Under the pieces are notes generated by a model, which made no database searches, was not told where the DNA came from, and saw nothing but the letters and a program-made list of their open reading frames with translations. 12,075 bases of DNA from Nitrospira japonica (lineage in GTDB: Bacteria; Nitrospirota; Thermodesulfovibrionia; Thermodesulfovibrionales; SM23-35), in the NCBI GenBank assembly GCA_020725385.1, contig DYFC01000059.1:1-12075 (forward strand), read 5' to 3'. The translations under genes were made by a program, and so were the position numbers. Positions 7,272 through 12,075 of this stretch are shown here, piece by piece. How positions within the stretch are numbered: position 1 is the first letter of the stretch; every line of letters begins with the position of its first letter.

Positions 7272-8693
7272 TTATTTATCGACTAAATCAACAAGCTGAC
7301 GGGTTTTCTCTATATACTCACCTGCATTGTCAATATAATCTTTAAGTGGCTCCTTCCAGTTCAGTTTTTCAGAGGTTCCCAGAAAACAGTGGTCAATACT
7401 GTTTCGTTTCTTACCTATCTGGTCTTCAAGCGTTTTAAACATCTCTGCCAATTCCGGTCTTTCATTAAACCAGCTATTTAAATGACTTAAAATCTTTTCT
7501 TTGGCTCTATCCCCGCAGTTAGGAAATACATCCCCCGGGTCAGGATACATATCATTATTACACACGCTTCTTACAGTATATAGACATTCGTCCCAGAAAT
7601 TTTTCTTATTTACATCAAAATCAATATCACTTACTCCAATCTTTTTAGTTATTATATAGGCAGCACATATAGCAAGTGTCTCCCTCAAAACCGAGAATGT
7701 CTCGATTATTCTTCTTCTTTTTAAATACCACTCTGCAAGACTTATCATATTGAACAACGTGTCTTTAGAAATGAAGTTGATATTAATTTCTCTTCCTTCC
7801 CCGATCATTTTAGTATTTTTCTCCCCAGAAATACCCTTAACAGACAGAATATCACTCCGGATATATTCTATAATCTCATTTACAGGGGACATCATAGGAA
7901 AATCGGACAGTATCTTTTCTGCCTCTTCTCTAAATCCGTCCATTTTACATCCAGCAGCAACTGACTGATAAAAAATATCCTCAACCTTTAATATATCATT
8001 TGCCGCATTTAAGAGATTTAATGAGATAATAATCTCCTCAAAAGGAAGTTTCCCCCTTTTTTGGCTTTTAAGATATCTGGTCAGGTTAACCATCTTTTTT
8101 GTAAATATATCTCCTCTTCCTGTCTCCCTCCACTCCATCAGTGACTCTGACCATTCAGCAAGCCCAATCATTGGAGTCAGGTCAAAGATTAGTGATACCT
8201 CTTCATCATTTATCTTTTCTTTTGCATCAAAAGCACCGTAATATACAGACTCAATATTGAAACCATAAATGTTTTTATAAAAAAGCAGTGCAAGTATCAG
8301 TGTAACAGGAAGCGCCCTGAAACCGTGAGTAATATCTATTATCAGTCTTACATCCTCCTCCCCTTGTGTTTCAGTTTTGAGCTTTGTCCCTATTTGGTTA
8401 AAAATCTCCCACATCTGATTTTCTGACTGACCACTAGGTATGTCAACAGCTTCAATCTGCCCTCCGTAAATACCTCTCAACTCAACTTCTAACTTATTAT
8501 CCCAATGTTTACTTTTTGCCCCCTCGGTAAGAAAAACGACAATTTTATCAATATTATACCCCTTTTGTTTTAATAACTGACATAGAGCCACCTGAAAATA
8601 TTTATTTCTGTCACTTACCAGAGAATCATCAAGTTTATATCTTGCTTCCTTATAATCACCAGTTCCCAGAAATGAAATTAAAATATTCCTCAT
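7272..8693 (-). CDS. csx1: Csx1/Csm6-type CARF-HEPN ribonuclease (TM1812 / DxTHG family)
   Basis: ILISFLGTGDY, VFLTEGA, IPSGQSENQMWEIF, IDITHGFRALP, VYYGAFDA, IFDLTP; HEPN RNSIDH (R-X4-H). Start refined to 8693, with a GGGAGG RBS 5 nt upstream. Confidence 0.92.
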   Translation of the reverse strand: MRNILISFLGTGDYKEARYKLDDSLVSDRNKYFQVALCQLLKQKGYNIDKIVVFLTEGAKSKHWDNKLEVELRGIYGGQIEAVDIPSGQSENQMWEIFNQIGTKLKTETQGEEDVRLIIDITHGFRALPVTLILALLFYKNIYGFNIESVYYGAFDAKEKINDEEVSLIFDLTPMIGLAEWSESLMEWRETGRGDIFTKKMVNLTRYLKSQKRGKLPFEEIIISLNLLNAANDILKVEDIFYQSVAAGCKMDGFREEAEKILSDFPMMSPVNEIIEYIRSDILSVKGISGEKNTKMIGEGREININFISKDTLFNMISLAEWYLKRRRIIETFSVLRETLAICAAYIITKKIGVSDIDFDVNKKNFWDECLYTVRSVCNNDMYPDPGDVFPNCGDRAKEKILSHLNSWFNERPELAEMFKTLEDQIGKKRNSIDHCFLGTSEKLNWKEPLKDYIDNAGEYIEKTRQLVDLVDK

Positions 8694-8703
8694 AAATGCC
8701 TCC

Positions 8704-11700
8704 CTATACTTTTGGTAAAACTGCCGGTATATACTCGGCATCACTTTTAAGTTTTATAAGAGTATCTCTGTGAGAATCAGCCAACGGATTTGAGATAATA
8801 TCCGAGACAAATGTGGATATATCACCTGCATACTTTCTTAAAAGATATTTCTCATCTTTGCTTTCAGATTTATCAAAATTTATCGTTTTTATTTTTTTGC
8901 CCAATTCCTTTGCCTCATTAAAATCCGTTTTTGTCAGCTTGCTTATATATATCCACTCCGCAACACATAACAGATAAAGAATACAAACAATATGGATTTT
9001 ACTAATGTTATTCTTTATATAAGTCAGAAGATTTTTATAAAACACAGCCGAATAATCAGAAGAACGGCCATTTAAAAAGTCCACAATGATCTTCATATGC
9101 ATAGAAAGTATCTCGGGATAATATTTCTCAAGATTTTTATCATTTCCCTTATTTGTAAACATTATCGGCTTTGCATCATCAATCCCACTCCATAAGTTTA
9201 TCAGATTCGCAATCTTATCACCACTATTCCTTTTGTATCTCTTGTACGACATATAAAGGAGATAATAATATCTTGTCTTTTCGAAGAGCAGAAATCTTCT
9301 GTTTGAATTTGATTCTGTAATATCTTTATAATAATTAGCAAGATAACCCTCAATTTCATTAATATATCGTTCTATCAGCTGACGATTTTCACTCTCTTTA
9401 GTATTTATCAAAGCCCTAATCAGAGTTATACCTGACTGCATTCTTTCTGACAATCTCAGGTTGTTATATGCCTTTTTGAGCAGTAAAACCGCCTCTTCTG
9501 CCCTTCCGCTTACAGCAAGTATATGTCCCTTTGCAGAACAAGAAATATACAATGAACTATTCTCTTTGTACCTGATTTTTTCTATTAAGTCATCAATAAT
9601 TTGTAGTGCCTCACTGTAATTGAGACTATCAGCAAGCATATGGGCATATACCAGTTTCGCCTCAACGAGATATTCCTCAATATTCTCAGAGCTCAATATT
9701 TTTGGGTCGATTTCCTTTGTATAATCCTCTATCTTTTGAAGATATTCTAAAGCTTTAACAGAATTTGCCCTGTGAGTATATTGTCTTGCTATCTCCTTAT
9801 AAATCCAAACTTTCAAATCGTGCCTTAAATTATCAACATTTTTTACACTATCAAGTTTTGATTCAAGTTCAAGGAGTTTATCCAAATCATATCCCAAATT
9901 CTGCATCTCTGTTAATGAATCTTCTATAGACCTGATTAAATCTAAAGGTTCATCCCTGCTTTCAGCAAAGGTAAAGATATATTTAAAAAGTGAGTTGTAT
10001 TTTAGTAGTCTCAGAAATTTATAATTAATCTTAAGTACATTATCTTCCAAACTTAAAAGCGGGATATTTTTAATCTCCTTTATTTCGAGACAAAGAATAT
10101 CTCTGATTAAGTTCAGTCCGTCCATAACTCTTTCCCTGACAGATGCTCTGAGATTTATTTCAACAAAGTCGTCATCACTCTCTGCAAAGCCTTTAAGTAT
10201 ATTTCTGAACTCACTCTCGGTTATGTCCAGCTCTATCTTCTCACTCTTCTTGTTTTTGAAACTCTTTTTTATAATCTTCTCAAGGTCGATTATTGAATAT
10301 TTCTTTAGAGACGGATAAGCAATATCAAAAAAACGGGTTGAGGTAAAAACAGCCCTTAGTCCTTCAAGTATTTCGATATTATCCACTGAAACAACATTGA
10401 AATTTGTAAGGATGTTTTTAATCTTTTTGTCTTTAATATCAATAGTTTTTAAATGCTCACACAGATAATATAAACTTTCAAAAAATTTAATACCGTCGTT
10501 ATCTTTAGAATAATAAAATACTACGGGCTTCAATATTCTTTTCAATATACATCTACTATTCTTTCCTGAGTATAAATATTTCTCCCAGTCATCAGAATTG
10601 ATATCTCTCATAGCTCTAATGATAGAGCCTTTCATACCATCAATTATCTGATTCACATTATTTGCTATAAAGAAGGAATAATATCTGTAATTAGACCTAA
10701 AAACTGCTACCCAAAAAAGAAAATAGATGACCAACAAAACAATTATCAATGGCTGCTTTATAACGCTAATAAAAGATTTCCACAAAATGCCAGATACGCT
10801 GGACATTCTCTCTATATGTAAGTCCTTCTTCTTTAATTCACTCATAAACTCAAACGAGGGCCAGACCGGTTTTGCCTGAGCAGGGAGTTCTGTCAGTTTA
10901 TCGATACCCTTTCTGATATCTACATCCTTTGCCGAAAATTTCTTCTCAACCTCACCCGCAATAAAAACTAGACTACCTACTGATTCATCAATAGAATCTA
11001 TGAGCTCTTTTGAAGCCTTATTGATATTATCCACCGTTGCAGAAGCTTCTTTAAGAGATATACTAATCTTTATATTATCCAGATTCTCTTTTTTCTTTTT
11101 AACAATTGAGAGGACCGTCTCTGTTTTGGACTTGAATACAGACCACTCTTTATCTATATCTCCCCGTTCAAAGATACCCTTGTACTGTTTACAGTAATAC
11201 CCCTCTCCCCCAGCATAAGGACTGCACTCAAAAGACATAAGTTTTTTCAGATAATTTTCATAATCTCCCTTATATCGCACAGCCTCCTTTAAAAGCTCGT
11301 CCGAGAATTTTACAAAATTTAGATAATATTCATTTGTTTTTCTGGCAGTTGTGTTTGAACTCTCCTCAATATGAGACATAAAGGCGTGAGACATCCCAAG
11401 TACAACCAAAGAGACCATAATATACAAAAAAACAAGAAAATACTCCAACCACTTGAATGCCAAAAAAAGATTCCATAATGCTAAAAGGTCATTAAATACT
11501 TTTACAATAATTAAGACTGCTAAAATTAAAATCCCGCCAAATCCAATATTAGAAATAACGTTTGTTCCACCGTAAAAGTCTCTTATATCTAACAACGCAT
11601 GCAAGTCAAAATAGGCAATAGTAATGCATAAAGTTATAAACAATACAGTTGATACCCAATACTCTATAGCTGATTTAAATGTTGATAATAAATGTACACT

Positions 11701-11706
11701 TTTCAT
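8704..11706 (-). CDS. Large uncharacterised membrane protein: N-terminal TM helices, coiled-coil region, further TM helix, C-terminal helical/TPR-like region
   Basis: 1000-aa uninterrupted ORF. Hydrophobic segments at about aa 17-37, 53-72, 76-108 and 320-337. Heptad-rich region at about 115-305 with ECSPYAGGEGYYC. TPR-like AHMLADSLNYSEALQII and KGHILAVSGRAEEAVLLLKKAY. Stop overlaps the csx1 RBS. No clear RBS at its own start. Confidence 0.7.
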   Translation of the reverse strand: MKSVHLLSTFKSAIEYWVSTVLFITLCITIAYFDLHALLDIRDFYGGTNVISNIGFGGILILAVLIIVKVFNDLLALWNLFLAFKWLEYFLVFLYIMVSLVVLGMSHAFMSHIEESSNTTARKTNEYYLNFVKFSDELLKEAVRYKGDYENYLKKLMSFECSPYAGGEGYYCKQYKGIFERGDIDKEWSVFKSKTETVLSIVKKKKENLDNIKISISLKEASATVDNINKASKELIDSIDESVGSLVFIAGEVEKKFSAKDVDIRKGIDKLTELPAQAKPVWPSFEFMSELKKKDLHIERMSSVSGILWKSFISVIKQPLIIVLLVIYFLFWVAVFRSNYRYYSFFIANNVNQIIDGMKGSIIRAMRDINSDDWEKYLYSGKNSRCILKRILKPVVFYYSKDNDGIKFFESLYYLCEHLKTIDIKDKKIKNILTNFNVVSVDNIEILEGLRAVFTSTRFFDIAYPSLKKYSIIDLEKIIKKSFKNKKSEKIELDITESEFRNILKGFAESDDDFVEINLRASVRERVMDGLNLIRDILCLEIKEIKNIPLLSLEDNVLKINYKFLRLLKYNSLFKYIFTFAESRDEPLDLIRSIEDSLTEMQNLGYDLDKLLELESKLDSVKNVDNLRHDLKVWIYKEIARQYTHRANSVKALEYLQKIEDYTKEIDPKILSSENIEEYLVEAKLVYAHMLADSLNYSEALQIIDDLIEKIRYKENSSLYISCSAKGHILAVSGRAEEAVLLLKKAYNNLRLSERMQSGITLIRALINTKESENRQLIERYINEIEGYLANYYKDITESNSNRRFLLFEKTRYYYLLYMSYKRYKRNSGDKIANLINLWSGIDDAKPIMFTNKGNDKNLEKYYPEILSMHMKIIVDFLNGRSSDYSAVFYKNLLTYIKNNISKIHIVCILYLLCVAEWIYISKLTKTDFNEAKELGKKIKTINFDKSESKDEKYLLRKYAGDISTFVSDIISNPLADSHRDTLIKLKSDAEYIPAVLPKV

Positions 11707-11852
11707 AAATTTTTTAAATCACACTAATTTATTAAATTCAACATAAAATTCGCAAGAAATTTCTATTTGACACAACTAACATTTTTTTGTATTACTTAAA
11801 GGTGTCAGGTACAAATCGCTCTTTGACAATTGAATATGAGAGGGATTGAGAT

Positions 11853-11933
11853 AGTCCACAGTCGACAGTCCACAGACCACAGAAAGGACAGTGCTGAAGG
11901 CAAAAGTAGTGCTAAAGCACTGAAGGGCTGAAG
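11853..11933 (+). repeat. Heptamer tandem repeat (GTCCACA-type x4) plus GCTGAAG-type units; right copy of the flanking direct repeat
   Basis: AGTCCACAGTCGACAGTCCACAGACCACAG (11853-11882) is identical to 138-167. AGTGCTGAAGGC (11890-11901) is identical to 173-184. GTGCTAAAG, CACTGAAG and GGCTGAAG units follow. Confidence 0.9.
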
Positions 11934-12075
11934 TGCCCAAAGACTCAAAGGAGTATCCGGATAAAGAGACGGGCTGAAGTTTTGGGAAAGGACGCAAAAT
12001 CTTCTCAGAAAAGAGAAGAAAAATACAGGTCGCTATAAGCAAGTTTTGGTTAATTAGAAAAGGCAAAATGGGGAG

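Noticed and set aside
8694-8744. 17-aa N-terminal extension of Csx1 in the ORF track
   Set aside because: It overlaps the upstream gene. The RBS and family N-terminus (ILISFLG) support a start at 8693.
1391-11197. Short nested or antisense ORFs (1391, 1746, 3175, 3800, 4640, 4798, 6485, 6645, 7750, 11000)
   Set aside because: All overlap well-supported genes and show no motifs, so they are treated as shadow frames.
11767-11796. TTGACA-N17-TATTAC as a plus-strand promoter
   Set aside because: The -10 lacks the conserved final T and no downstream gene is visible in the window.
11812-11852. AATCGCTCT...AGAGGGATTGAGAT resembling the 3' end of some type III repeats (GGGATTGAGAC-like) or a hairpin
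   Set aside because: Single copy, with no repeat-spacer periodicity, an imperfect stem and a long loop. It cannot be supported without the genome's repeat consensus.
11776-12066. 96-aa minus-strand ORF
   Set aside because: It runs through the heptamer repeats, has no recognisable motif, and is probably spurious.

Overview
This AT-rich bacterial window is a type III CRISPR-Cas ancillary/adaptation island. No cas10, no csm/cmr core genes and no CRISPR array are visible inside it. It has three transcription units. (1) Minus strand 4312->325: an AcrIII-1/Crn2-family (DUF1874) ring-nuclease homologue, a NE0113/Csx14-type CARF domain fused to a sigma54 AAA+ enhancer-binding domain and Fis-type HTH, an intact Card1/Can2 nuclease, and a Card1 paralogue with a degenerate nuclease site. 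(2) Plus strand, divergent, behind a candidate sigma54 (-24/-12) promoter: a 53-aa zinc-finger ORF missing from the ORF track, cas1, cas2, a degenerate RNase H-fold protein, and cas6. (3) Minus strand: a 1000-aa membrane/coiled-coil/TPR-like protein coupled to a DxTHG CARF-HEPN Csx1. The main hypothesis (inference) is a cyclic-oligoadenylate-sensing sigma54 activator that switches on the adaptation and crRNA-processing operon. All ten large genes and the small ORF lie between two identical 30-bp direct repeats built from heptamers. Family calls rest on motif recognition only; no searches were run.
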